DNA of 63,834 nt, filler included, from Atractiella rhizophila (lineage: Eukaryota), in NCBI GenBank assembly GCA_021432655.1. It is 4 parts of 4 records of this genome, joined end to end, with 100 filler letters (N's around TTAATTAATTAA, not from the genome) between each part and the next. Parts side by side here need not be neighbours in the genome. Positions count along the whole stretch, not along the records: positions 1 to 20,815 come from MU271791.1; positions 20,916 to 45,309 come from MU271792.1; 2 more parts are not named here. One strand, given 5' to 3'. Made by a program: the position numbers and the translations under genes. Positions 13,752 through 26,359 of the stretch are shown piece by piece; the stretch's first letter is position 1; the number at the start of each line of letters is the position of its first letter. Under the pieces are notes generated by a model. It saw nothing but the letters and a program-made list of their open reading frames with translations. It made no database searches and was not told the origin of the DNA.

Positions 13752-15068
13752 ATGGCTGAAAGGATCCCCCCCGAGTTACTGCACGAGATATTCTCCTTCG
13801 CCTACCCCGACATATTTCAACCAAGCGACCCAAATCTCTGGTGGACTCAATTTAACCATTCTATCGGCGGACGTCAGCGTGCTTTAAGCTCGCTTTCACT
13901 TGTTTGTCAATCGTGGAAGTATCCTGCTCGAAGGATCGCTCTGAAGAGCGTCCGCATTTACTTCTCGCGGAAACAAGTCAACGGACTTCTTTTAACACTT
14001 AAAGACAATCGAAATCGAGCTTTTCTCAAAAGTTTGGTGGTCGATTTTCCGTTTCGACAGGATTCAATGCCTGACTTGATCGCCTGCTCCCACATAAACA
14101 CCATCATCAGGGTTGCAGACTCCCTGGTAGGACTTCACCTCGATAACACACCTCAATCTCTTGTCCTGAATGGCAACCTTGACATGGCATTCCAGTCCTT
14201 ACCTGGACAATCGGCTCTGCGTCACTTCGGACTTCGCTTTCTTGGAACAAATTGCGATGGCCATTTTCCAGGCGTCCACCTATCTCGTTTCCCCAATCTC
14301 CCTCCGTCTTTGGAGAGTTTGGCTCTATGTGCGATTGACTTATCTAATTCGGCAACAGTCAAAGGTGTACAACAACTTGTAAATCTCCAAGATCTTTACC
14401 TTGAAGACTTGAGATGCCCAGCGCCAATTTGGCGCGATGTTTTTTCCCAAATTTCCCTATCGTCTATTTCAGTCGTGGAATGCTCGCTCCCTCCGCACTT
14501 TTACGAAGACATTGCTCAAATTTATCCCACCTTGCAGAAACTTGCTTTCCTTTCTGGTCGAGACGAGGAAGGGCCGAGACTTTGCGACAGTGACCGGATG
14601 CCAGTGGACCAACGCAACATTGTGATGGAAGATCTGGGTGAGAACCTAACTGACTCTATGTCTTATTCGAGCCCGATGCCACCAGCCCCTTGCGTACTGG
14701 TCACCTTCCCTATCCCGGCAGAATTGATGATCGAGTTTTGTCATCGATCAGGGACACCGGTGCAAGGGACGACGCTGACATCCTGTGTCGGTTCCATGAT
14801 GAACAACGAGTTCACAGAAAGGCTCTCTCAAATAGCTCAGGTACCAGTCAAAGTTCGGATCACAAAGGACTGGTTCTCGGAAGAAGATGAAATAGGGATG
14901 GAGGGTATTATTTATGTCTGCGCAGGTATGAAGACTATGCAAAGGGAAACGCATATTTCGAAGATTGAACTAGACCAATGGGACATGCAGGAAGCTATTG
15001 ATGGATTGGAAAGGGTTAAAAGGTACTTTGAAGTAACAGAAGAAGTGGAGCAAATGTTGTTCTGTTGA
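13752..15068 (+). CDS. F-box-like / RNI-like protein, intronless
   Basis: N-terminal RIPPELLHEIFSF...LSSLSLVCQSWKYPARRI is the fungal F-box-like pattern, followed by degenerate LRR-like units (LVGLHL, LRHFGL, LESLAL, LQDLYL, LQKLAF). Confidence 0.72.
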   Translation: MAERIPPELLHEIFSFAYPDIFQPSDPNLWWTQFNHSIGGRQRALSSLSLVCQSWKYPARRIALKSVRIYFSRKQVNGLLLTLKDNRNRAFLKSLVVDFPFRQDSMPDLIACSHINTIIRVADSLVGLHLDNTPQSLVLNGNLDMAFQSLPGQSALRHFGLRFLGTNCDGHFPGVHLSRFPNLPPSLESLALCAIDLSNSATVKGVQQLVNLQDLYLEDLRCPAPIWRDVFSQISLSSISVVECSLPPHFYEDIAQIYPTLQKLAFLSGRDEEGPRLCDSDRMPVDQRNIVMEDLGENLTDSMSYSSPMPPAPCVLVTFPIPAELMIEFCHRSGTPVQGTTLTSCVGSMMNNEFTERLSQIAQVPVKVRITKDWFSEEDEIGMEGIIYVCAGMKTMQRETHISKIELDQWDMQEAIDGLERVKRYFEVTEEVEQMLFC

Positions 15069-15955
15069 TATTGTGTCATTTGTATTTGCACCTTGTCATG
15101 AAATTTGTATTTAAACACACACAGGAATGCACAAATCGTGATTCTTCAGAGGCTCAGCTCCTGATGGTCTGAGATCAAAGTGGCGTATGCGAAGCGCGAA
15201 ATCTTGCACACATCAATGGAGGACAAAAATGAATGGAGGACAAAAATGCACCTGAGAGCGGACATCTAGCGGCGTTATAATCTTGAAATCTGAATCTACT
15301 AAGAACGAGTTTCATGCTCGATGGGTTCACTGGAAATACATATTCAAGGTATTCTCGAGAAACTTGCAACTCCTCGACTGCAACAATGTATTGTAGTAAT
15401 GGATTGGTCCATGGAGAGGCCTAATTAGAGGAGAATACACCAACGTTTCCTTCCCATCAGCTTCATTAGTTGTTCAATCGTTACTTTCCCCTCTGCTCAT
15501 CCACTGAGGGACAGGGGTAGTTTTAACTTCGGGCCTTCTTGCCAACGAGGGGCGGTCGGGAACAAGACTCTCCTTGGCGACAAGCGCATCGAAGGCCTTG
15601 CATCCGCCAAGTCGCGGGGTTCTTATCTCTCACACTCAGCTCTTAACTAGCTGCGCTTACGTTGAGCTCTGCCTGAACATTTTCATTTCCATAGACGCAC
15701 ACATAGAAATACCCTCTTTAGTACGTATTTTCTAGATTCTCTTGTTGCGTTGGCGCATCATGATCTAAAGGTATCTATGTTACCCTTGGAACAAGGCAAG
15801 GCCCCCGAATTAAAATTCTTTGATCCTTGTTCTGTCCAACCTGTTATATCTCACCTTTGCATTCCAATGCTGACCTCACCTTCGTCTTTCTCGCGTTGAC
15901 GCACTCTAGAGTTCCACATTCTTTTATCGCGAACACCCTCAACTTCGCAGGCGAC

Positions 15956-17748
15956 ATGCACACCCTCCTCCATCTTTCCTTCTCCCTCTCACTAGCACTC
16001 CTCCCAGCCACGGTTCACTCCGCCGAGCTACCAGACACCGTCAAAGCGGGTTCGATAGTCATTTCCACCTCCGGACTCTCAAAAGATGTGCCTCCCATTC
16101 CCTCCGCCAACATCTATGAGATAGCGTCATACTACGGCCTCACGGAGTCCTTCGTCTTCCCCTTTCCTACAGCTCCCATCCAATCCGCCGTCGCCGGTGC
16201 ACCCACAACGGTACAGAATGGAGATACACAGAAGTTCGTCTCCGTCAACTTCAACTCGCTCTCCACGACTGCGACCAGCAAGGTCGTCGATCCGGATTTG
16301 GTCGGGAAAGACGGGATGGCAAAGTTCTCGGTGGATGAGTTCTACAGTACGAAGGCGAACAGTTTCTTTGGCGATGACGAGGGAGGAGAACCGTCTTCGC
16401 TTTTCCAACCTGCTTCTCCTCGTCTCGCTCAAGAACGTGAGCCAGTATCCGGCTTTCGATTACATCGCCACGAACTGGAACACTTCTAATCCCAAAGGAC
16501 CCTCAGGAGGACAAGCGTGGAACGTTGAGTTCGTCGCAGACCCCTATCTGTCGACTGACAACTCGTCCTCAAGTTACGGATACACGGATGGAGAGGTAGG
16601 AAACACAGATACCATGGTCCTCAAGGTCCATTATCCCGAGGGATCTTACTCTGGCAACAACGAGGGTGGAATCACCTTCTGGTCTCGCGTCATTCCCGAA
16701 GGAGTTCAGACCGCTCTGTTCGTGTATGATATCGCCTTTAGCAAGAAGTTCGATTTCGTTAAGGGCGGAAAATTGCCTGGATTTTACGGCAATAAGGATC
16801 ATTCTACCTTTGGGAGTTGTTCCGGAGGCAAGCACAGTGTGGATTGCCTCAGTACTAGGTTGATGTGGAGGACCAAAGGGGAGGGAGAGGGTAAGTCGAC
16901 TCATCCTTCACCATTCCTCCGTCTTTCTTCATTAACCATTCCTCGCTTCGTTTCCCTTCTGTTTGCGGTGAGACTGACTAGAATGACCAGTCTACGCCTA
17001 CATTCCCACCTACGACGGTTTGTGCGTCGAAGAGACCCTAGGCTGCAACGCCGTATACGGGATGAGCGTCTCCCGCGGCTCCTACAAATTCGACACGAAT
17101 AAATGGAACACCATCGCCCTCCTCGTCTCTCTCAACACTCCCAATTCCAACGTCTCCAACCCAATGTTGACGACCAACAACGGACTCGTCGCGCTCTATC
17201 ACGACGATGAACTGGCCATGTACCACGATAATTTGGTCCTCCGGACTGATAAGGATATGGCTCTCACCGCTGTGGATTTTACTACGTTCTTTGGTGGAAG
17301 TGCTAAGAGTTGGGCTACTGGAAAGGGTGGGGCGGATACGTTCTTTCGGAACATGAAGGTCCGTCTTCCTTCCTTCCCATTTCTTAGTTTTTAAAACATG
17401 GAGAGGAACGTCGTTGCTGATATGGTGGTGGATGGCACAGGTCTTCTACTCTTCCTCCGGCTCAGTACTGAACGGCACCTCAGTACTCGCCACCGCTTCT
17501 CGTACGTTTCTTTCCTCTTCCCCATCTCACTTTCAACCCCAATCCAACCTCCAAATCCCCCACCCCACTTTCCCGTCATTTGAGTGAAATGCTAACGCGA
17601 TGAACACGAAACAGCCGGCGACGAGTCCTCCTCCGCCCCCCCTCGCTTCTCGACTCAATCCATAGCCGGCTCCGGATTCGGGTCGAGTTGTTTCCTCATC
17701 CTCTGTCTCCTCCCTCCCACCATCAAGATCGCCTCTGACAAGTGGTGA
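15956..17748 (+). CDS. Secreted polysaccharide lyase family 14 (alginate/glucuronan lyase-like), possibly GPI-anchored
   Basis: Signal peptide MHTLLHLSFSLSLALLPATVHS. PL14 motifs LKVHYPEGSYS, FDFVKGGKLPGFYG, CSGG, CLSTRLMWRTKGEGE|VYAY, RGSYKF, TFFGGS. Three introns, S-rich tail and hydrophobic C-terminus. Apparent 1-bp indel near 16382. Confidence 0.88.
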
Positions 17749-18792
17749 CCCCGCGCGGTGACGTGAAGTAGTGATGGAGCTCTATTGTACATAGATCCGT
17801 TCCTTCGTCTTTGCTCGTGGAGCAAGAGGGACATTTGTTTGGGTTCCGGTCGCTCTTTAGATGGTTCAATTATAATCGTTTTCTCGATTTAAACCGTGTT
17901 CCGCTCTTGTAAAGCCCACGAAGACGAGGAGGCTGATGTCTACGATGCCATGAGTAAAGCGAAGGAGGCTGAGATATATCGGCGGAGGGATGATTGACAT
18001 TGTTCATTGACGAAGGGCAGTATGAGAGGACAACAACTGAGAGGGAACACAGAGATGAAGCGAGAAAACAATCGACTTGTGCTTCGAACAGGACTCTTTC
18101 AAGTTAGGAGTTAGCTTGAATAAAAAATACGTCGAAACAACTGGACTGGTTGAGGTATTTGTGTATGGGGTAAAAGTTGAACGTTTGAACAGGGCAACGG
18201 ACATTTGGACACGGGCAAGAAACTTCACAAGAATCAATCAAGACGAACGTTCATGGAAGGAAAAGGTATGGATGGATGGATTGAAGCGAAGCAACCAACT
18301 TATCATACAGGTTCGTGAGAGTGCGAGATCGAACGAAGGTAGATAGAACGTGACTGATCTTCTTTCTTTCTTTCTTTGTAGATAGCTAGTACTTGTGTAT
18401 GATGAAGTAGGTGAGCATAAAAAAACTCGAAAATTCGAGACTGAAAATACGGCGAGAGGGGCCGGATGGACTGAATAACTGATGGTTGTGCAATCGATCA
18501 ATCGTTAGTTGAGAGACCGACCGATGGGTCGCAACCTTTGTGAAACCGGAGATGCTGGATTGCGGTTTGGTTTGGTTTGTAAATACGCCAAAGTACGGAG
18601 GACGTCGAAGAAACGAGATGAAAAGCTGACGAGCTGAAGAGACAGGTACATATGGAGATGACGGATAGGTTCATCGGTTCGGTTTTGGTCGTCGTCGATC
18701 GTTGATTTTCACAGGGGTACGAATTTTCCACGTGCTATCTCTTTCTTGGACGGTTGGATAATAAAGAGGTAAAGGAAAGGGGAAAGGAGAGA

Positions 18793-20416
18793 CTATGATC
18801 CGGAGCACATCGCCTCACCAAAAGCGATGATCATTTGCTCGTAGATGTTGAGATTTGGATCGGCGAGTTGGCGCTGATCGAAACGCAGCGTGACGGCTTT
18901 TCTATTCATAAAGATGATGGTGATGGAAGACGGTTGTCTGGACACTTGGAGGGTGGTGTGGATGGGGACATCGGTGATGGTCTTGAGTGTCCTCAAGAAT
19001 GGTCGAAGTGGATCCTGAGGAGATCGAAAGACAAAGTGGATTTCAGCAATATACCTCCTGTCCAGCAGGCCAGAAGTAATATCGTTCGGATCGAATTCAG
19101 GTATTGCAGGAATGGTGTTCAGGCCAAAATATGAGCTGAGACCTATGCCAGTGCTGGCTCGTCGGTTGCTAAGAGTCGGACGAGACGAGGAGGAAGGAGG
19201 CGAATGCGCCTGACGCGGACTGATGGACAGATTGTTTAGATGGGCACGCAAGGATTCGGCCGCAGGAGAGGGAGGTTGGATTGGGACGGAGGACGGGGCG
19301 GGAATCGCATCTTCATAGATCGGTTCTCGCATTCCCAAATCTTCATAATCCGAAGGAGCGGCCGACGACCTAAATGTTCTCTCACATTAGCTCAAATGTG
19401 TTCTCAAGAGAATGAAGGAGGAAAATTGCATACCCCAAAAAATGCTGGTGACGTCCACCGTTTGGGCGAGAACCAGAACTCGAACCGCTGTGGTGGCTCG
19501 AACCGTACCCAGACGAAGGGACGACGTGGCTGATAGTCTTCCTATGAGCCTTCTTCCTCAGCTTCCTCTCCCTCTCCTCCGCCGCCTCTCTCTCCCTCCT
19601 TCGCCGCTCCATCTCCATCTCCATCTCGGCCCTCTCCCTCTCCTCCCTTTCAATCTCCAAAGCGTCCAAAGCCTCTTGTTCCCTCTCCCTCCTCCTCGCT
19701 TCCTCTGCCAATGACACTGACACCCTCCTCTCGCTTCTCCCCCTCGACGAAGAAGACGCATACGGTGAACCTGAGGACGCATAGTATGAAGAGGACTGTG
19801 GTACATGACCATTGTTCTCTCGCATGAAAGGTCCTCGAGTGACATGTGGAGACCTGGATCGAGGGGGCGGGTGATTGAAATCAACCACCGGCGTCATCGT
19901 GGGAGGGGGCGGAAGGCCACCGAAGCTCGAGGTTGAGTTACGCCTATGGCGGACAGGAGGGGGAGTAGAACCCCTCGACCCCATGCCAGCTCCTCCTCCC
20001 CCTACGCCACCTTGTTCAGGTCCGTCGAGTTCGAGATCCCACATCCCCTCTTCTGGCTCATACCCATACCCATATCCTTGATCCTCGAAACCGTCCGCTA
20101 CAGGCGCACCGACGCTCCCGACCAACCCGGAAGCATACTGTGCGTTCCCTCCTCCTCCGCCATTCGACGATCTACCTGCGCGCTGCAAGAGGTATTGAAT
20201 CTGCTCGTCCTCGGACTCTTCTCCCGCTGATGTTCGAAGGGAATTACTCCCAATGCCCCTGGGTATGGGTATTGACCTTGGAACTGAGGCACCGACGCTC
20301 GCCTGGGGAAGGAGAGAAGAGCCTTGGGCGGGAGGGTAGAGGTCAGAAGAGCGGAGGCGAGGGTTGTAGCTGGCGGAGATGCCGTAGCGAGGAGAAGACG
20401 GAGAGCGGTATGACAT
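18793..20416 (-). CDS. Hypothetical protein (S/P/G-rich, with E/R coiled coil and small folded C-terminal domain), 2 exons
   Basis: Long ORFs 19382-20542 and 18793-19338 are joined by a GTATGC...CTAAT...TTAG intron (~19371-19436). First in-frame ATG at 20416. Confidence 0.7.
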
Positions 20417-20815
20417 GTTCGCGCTCGCTAGGCTGGCGCTGTCTGTGGAGGTCGGGGAGAGGGAAGAAGACTCGGAGGAGAGGGGAGGCGGTTTCGGGAG
20501 GAGGTGGAGGATGTTTTTGGCGCGTTGGTAGAAGGGATCCACGGTGACTACTACTTTGCTATCCTATCCAAAACTATGTACTGGGAAACAGACGAAGGCA
20601 GAGTTTCCGAGATCAGCGATAATTTATGGGAATTTCACGAGCGACACACCTAAACGGATGAGGAGATCGATCGAGCGGTGTGCTTGGAATTATGTCCAGT
20701 CCCGTGACTTTTCCGATCCCGAAAATCGTCAAGAGGGTGTTAGTTTGATCAAATGCTCTGCGCTTATTGGGGAATTTATTTGCGAATTTATTGGGAGCGC
20801 TTGGGCGTGATCTCA

Positions 20816-20915
20816 NNNNNNNNNNNNNNNNNNNNNNNNNNNNNNNNNNNNNNNNNNNNTTAATTAATTAANNNNNNNNNNNNNNNNNNNNNNNNNNNNN
20901 NNNNNNNNNNNNNNN
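20816..20915. other. 100-bp scaffold gap with TTAATTAATTAA spacer (same at 45310-45409 and 60320-60419)
   Basis: The identical 12-mer, which puts stops in all six frames, is centred in N runs. Assembly convention rather than biology. Confidence 0.95.
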
Positions 20916-21017
20916 AAGGAAAAAGCGTACCCTACGTTTAGGAAGCGGGGGGTCAGGAGCTTCCATGTTCGTTACAGATATGGCGGGTGAATGCGGCGCG
21001 TAAGAAGTGCTTGCCAT
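20916..21017 (-). CDS. 5' exon of an unidentified gene running into the gap
   Basis: ATG GCA AGC...PDPPLPKRR followed by a GTACGC donor and a pyrimidine tract. Confidence 0.4.
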
Positions 21018-21673
21018 TGCTGTGGTGAGAGACGTGTACTGATATTGTCCTTGACTTTTTGAGCTGAGGTTGTGGTGGGTGTGGAGGTGGGACAGGCGGG
21101 AGAGGTGGCGGTTTATAGAAAGCCTTGACTCCGGGAGCGCCGACTGGAAAGAGCCATGCAAAGCTTGTCAATGCGAAGCGTAACCAAAAACTCGGAGGTG
21201 GAGCAATCGACTTCCGCTTTGTTTCAACCACCACTCAATTTATCTCAGCCTTTGCTCTTTACGAGCAGTAATACGAATTGATAAGAGCTGAAGCGCAGAG
21301 ACTCTGAAGAGGGTTATGAGACTAGTGAAGGAAAGACTTGTGAGGTAATTTCGCTCCGGTGACTGGGGATGGAATGCAAGCGAAGATTCACAACAGGTAC
21401 GGTATTGGCATCATGGCCCGCGCAATAGATGTTACAAAGACATTAAATTAGAGCCAATCCTGCCAAAAGTTAACAGCGATCTCAAATACCAAATCAGTAG
21501 TGGGTAGTTGGTGATCTTAAGAGTTCAAATCATGATATTGGTGAAGGTAGTGTTTGGCAAGCCATGATTATCTCAAAGTTTGTTTTACTCAGCTAAAACA
21601 AAAAGCTGGCTTCAGATCTCTGCCAAAGTCTATTTATCCTCACCATTGGTAACAATGTAATTTACCAAGCTCT

Positions 21674-21898
21674 TAGTAGTGGGAGATTAGGTGACCAGGG
21701 TAGGATTATGATTATAAGATTGCATTTGGATGCAAAATCACCATAATCACCCTAATTATGATTTGGATGAGTTCAACCATTGTAATCACTGAAATCAAAA
21801 TCATGATTGGGCTGATTTCGGAATCAGTCATTGTGTTGGCAAGGCTGATTATGATGATTATCCCTGCCAACCAAACGGGTTCATTCTGGCCCACTCTA
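21674..21898. mobile_element. Possible degenerate MITE / hAT-like non-autonomous element
   Basis: Ends TAGTAGTGGG ... CCCACTCTA form an imperfect inverted repeat. Interior is dense in ATGATT/AATCA motifs in both orientations. Confidence 0.3.
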
Positions 21899-22177
21899 AG
21901 TTACCATCCATCTGTGAGGAACAATGTGAGACTTGTGGGTAGAATGGAGACATGCATTTCAAAGTGTTTCCAACAAAAAAAAAGAGGCTTTTTGCAAGGA
22001 ACCAAGGCAGAATTGAATGTAGCATGATGGTGACAGGGGGACCAACAGCAACATGGCAACATCCTCATCATCAGTTCTGTCACCCATCACCTTCAGCTCT
22101 TGCCCTATCCTGAGGATTCAATTAACATGCTTGTCCATAGACCCTAACATGCCATCTGCTGGCAAAGTACATGTAAT

Positions 22178-22409
22178 TGTCAGTCGTAGATCTGGTACAG
22201 CTGCTTGAGACCTCTTATGTTGATGTCCTGGATATTGGCAAGTACATGGTCTTTGCATGTGTTGAAACGAGCTGGATCTGGATCCACAGCGTACACGAAG
22301 ATGGTGGTCAAAACGCTGTGGATCCAGAAGGCAAGACCCTAACCCTAACCGCAACTTGTAGAAGCACCAAAAGCATGCTGAGTGCCTAATGAGAGCCATA
22401 TCTCTCACA
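22178..22409 (-). repeat. 3' LTR of Copia element A
   Basis: On - strand a polypurine tract GAGTGAGGGGGGG is immediately followed by TGTGAGAGA. The likely end is ...CTGACA (TG...CA, imperfect inverted termini). Confidence 0.65.
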
Positions 22410-22681
22410 CCCCCCCTCACTCAGCAGCCGAGGAAAGAAGGAAAGAAAACCGAAGAGAGAAAGAAAGAGAGAAGAATGAACGGAACCAAGAGAAAGAGAA
22501 GGAGAGTGCGAAATTATAGCAAATATGGATCAAAAGAAATCAACACAGATAAATGAACAAATAGGGAAAGATTGTCGAATGCCAATACCAAAATCAGTAA
22601 CCCCAAGATGAAGTCCTTTCAACGAAAATCGAGACCATAAACATCCTATATCAGCCCGGTAAAGGAATACAACGCCTCCTC

Positions 22682-25600
22682 CTAATTCTCCAACAAACCA
22701 AGCATCGAGCATAGCTTCCAGTGCTGGACACTGCCTATACCCTTCGTGAGAACGTCTGCTGCCATTTGTACCGTCGGTATCCATGTTAGTATTATCTCAC
22801 CCGATTCGACCCTCTCTCTTGTAAAATGATAGTGCACCTCAACATGTTTCGTGCGGCCATGGTTTGCAGGATGCTTCGCTAAAGTAAGTGCACCCTGATT
22901 ATCCCCTTTTATCGTTGTCAGTCCCTGCTGAGGAAAACCGAGTTCCGACAATAGTCCCCTCAACCACATCGCCTCCCTAGCTGCACTTGAGAGCGCGATG
23001 TATTCTGCCTCCGTCGAAGAGATGGCTACGGTGGGCTGCATCTTCGATATCCAAGAGACCGCCGATCTGCCTAGTCGAAATACTACGCCAGAGACTGAGC
23101 GACGTGTATCTACATCCGCTGCATGGTCAGAATCCGAAAATCCTTCTACCTTGGTGGAACCTGTGTCATCCCTTGTGAGTTTAAAGTCAAGAGTGCCAAT
23201 AAGATATCTAAAAATCCTCTGAACGCTCGCCCAATGCCTCCTGCCAGGATCAGCACTGTATCTGGCCGCCCTGTTGACCGCGAATAAGATATCGGGGCGC
23301 GTGTTCACAACAGCGTATATTAGAGCACCTATCGCCTCTCTGTAAGGTATTCTCTTCATGTACTCACGTTCCTCTTCTGTTTGGGGCGCCCAGGCTTTCG
23401 AAACTTTCTCGTTTATGTCGTAGGGAGTGTTCACTGAGTTCGCATCCGACATACGCAAAACGTTCCCAACATTTTCGGACGTAGTCCCGCTGATCCAAAG
23501 TGATACGCCCAGAACTCCTATCCCAGTTAATATGCATACCTAGGAAATTTCCAACCTCTGTGGTGGTTATCTTGAACTGAGTCCGCAACAGAGCATATAG
23601 CTCGTCGATTCGATGTTGAGATGAAGCAACCACAAGTCCATCGTCGACATGGAGGCAGATGATCGTTGTATCTGCTCCCCTCCTCTTGATGTAAACTCCC
23701 CTGTCAGCATTCGTGCGCAAATAGCCATGTTGTGAGAGAAAGTTGTGTAACGTATCGTTCCAACCCTTCCCAGCTTGTCGGAAGCCGTACAGCGTCTTTC
23801 GAAGCCTAAACACCTTTTCAGGTTGACTTTGGTCAACAAACCCTTGAGGCTGTCTGAGATATACTTCCTCTTCCAATATGCCATTGAGAAAAGCGTTGGA
23901 CACGTCGAACTGGCCGCCGTACCACTTATTTGTGGCAGCGAGGGATAGAGCGGACCTCACAGACACCATCCGTACCGTAGGCGCATAAGTCTCGCCAAAA
24001 TCAACCCCTTCTATTTGACGATCCCCTCTGGCTACTAAGCGCGCCTTGTACTTGAGGACGTTCCCATCTAAATCGCTCTTGATCAGCAAAACCCACTTCA
24101 AGCCTATGGCTCTTTTTCCTTGCGGAAGCTCAACTAGTTTCTCCTCCCAAGTCCCCATGGCCTGAAGTGCCGTGAATTCCGCTAAGATAGCCACCCACCA
24201 CTTGTCAGCATCAGGCCCTGCAAGTGCCTGTCGGAAGGAAGGTTCATCTAAGTTACCATTCCAGTGAGTGGCAGCCATATATACTTCCCATTTCGTAATA
24301 TGGGTGCCCCTAATCGCTTCCTCCTCCAATGAACAAGGCAAAACATGAAGTGCATTCTGCATCTCACGAGCAGCTATCGCCGGTAGGTAATCCTTTGGCC
24401 GAAAGTCTGCTCTGATCGTAAAATCATTTACCCGGGATGTCGAATCGGTATCATCTGTCCCTGTGGAGATAAGCGATGTTTCAACGTGACCGGTTATGTC
24501 GCAGATACGGGTGAGTCGAATGGTCTGGTATCCTCTTCCTCCGCTGGCGCGTAGGAGGAATAGCAGGATCATCAGGAGGATCAGCTACGTCACCTTGAGA
24601 AACGAGGGTCGCCTTCCCCCTTTGAACCCTTGGTCCATCGTCTATAAGCATTTCTCCACTCCCAGTCAGATGCTGCTCTACAGCTGGTGGCATTGTTGGT
24701 GGGATTATGGCTTCAGGACCTGGAACTCGAACAGAAACATCATCAGCTAACATATCGAAATCTGAGGGCATGAATTCGTGTAGAGACCATTTGGCCAGTT
24801 TCTCGGTGTCCCCCATCGGCCTATCCTTGTAAAACTGGTCCTCAAACCACATAACCTCCTTGGCCTGAACAAAACGCCGTGATTGAGGAACCCAGAACAA
24901 CCATCCCTTCGCACCCTCCAAATACCCAACAAAATATCCCATCAATCCCCTCGCATGTAGTTTCGACGTCTGCTTCTCCTTTGGAATGTTGATAACGCCT
25001 AGGCATCCGAACGTGCGTAGATGAGAAACATCCGGACGATCCCCATCCCATGCACCAATTGGTACCTTCCAAGACCCATGCGAGTACGTAGGCATTCGAT
25101 TGAGTGTGTAAACCGCGAATTGAACCGCTTTCTCCCAGAACGATAGCGGAAGTCCCGACTCGAAAAGAATAGTCCCAGCAATATTAAAAAGGGTGTACCA
25201 TCTCCTCTCAATAAAACCCATCTGATTGTGAATGTAAGGAATAGAGGTTTCGTGTGAAATACCTCGGTTTTGAATAAAAGCTTTGAAATAAACAGATTGA
25301 AACTCACCACCGTTATCGCTTCGAAGTACCTTCACTTTGATGCCATAGTGCCGCTCAACCCCCAAAATCCAATTCCGTAGGACCAACACAGCATCACCCT
25401 TGCTGCGAAGGGGAATCCACCATAACCTAGCGGAGGATTCCTCAACAATTCCAAGACCATAACGCTCACCAGTATGCATCACCGCAACTGGGGCAGGTCC
25501 CCAAAGATCACAATCGATTCGTTCGCCTTTGGCATACGAATTCGACGTAGTAATCACTCGATTCGGACAAGCCTTCGACTTCCCAGCGGCACAAGATATG

Positions 25601-26350
25601 CATGGGTCCAACTTTGTTGAATTGCAGTCAAAGCCCGTCACCCACTTCCCAGTACACAGCTCATGCCATCTCTTAGAACCTATATGGCCGAAACGCGCGT
25701 GCCAGGTCTTAGCAGTCGTAGCTACAAGTGCAGAGGCATGAGCCGTGTACTCCTTTGCAGGTAAGGAAGGGGCACTTGCCTCTAGCTCGATTTGTCGTTC
25801 TCCAAAACTGGCCATCCCAAAGTGAACACCATTTTCGCGTCGAAAAAGCAATCGATCACGAGTGTTGGTAAATCTGATGCCACGCTTCATAAGATCCAGT
25901 TGGGATATGAGTGTGATGCCAAGGCCAGGCACGTAAAGGCCAGTACCGAAATCTGCTTGATAAACTTGGCGACCGCTGACGTCTTTGAGCAGAGGGCAGA
26001 TTCGGCCAGCGTGTGTCGCAAAACCACCGCTCCCGAAAGCACCACCAACGAATACTGGAGGGTGTATAAGCCGAAGGTATTGAAAGAGATCAGGAGAGAC
26101 AGACATGGGTACGGTTGCAGCGGAGTCCACGAAAGTCAAGATGGATATGGTATCAACGCCAGGTACATCACGGTTAAGGAATCGGTGAGCACCGCCGGGA
26201 ATTTTAGCGTTGTAATCGATAAAAGGAGGAGCTGGAGGAGTCGATCGAGGGTTGGAATCATTTCCGAAAGAAAAGGAAGAAGGAGAAGAAGCAGCAGCGA
26301 CATTAGCCACAACATCAACGGGAAGGCGCTTGTCAACAACGCAAGCAGGC
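22682..26350 (-). mobile_element. Ty1/Copia element A pol (protease-integrase-RT-RNase H), 5'-truncated (no gag or 5' LTR)
   Basis: FVDSAATVPM (protease), WHARFGH...C..C (integrase Zn finger), DCDLWGP / LRSDNGGEF / IERRW (rve), YKARLVARG, QFDVSNAFL, LYGFRQA, HVDD (RT), FSDSDHA, SSTEAEY, GDNQGA, ADVLTK (RNase H). INT-before-RT order is diagnostic of Copia. Two frame breaks (~24500, ~23460). Confidence 0.97.
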
Positions 26351-26359
26351 GAGTCCAAA

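Noticed and set aside
20860..20871. Palindromic TTAATTAATTAA occurring three times in the window
   Set aside because: Always centred in 100-bp N gaps; it is an assembly spacer.
22335..22350. Telomere-like CCCTAACCCTAA in the Copia A LTR
   Set aside because: Only two units; too short to distinguish from chance.
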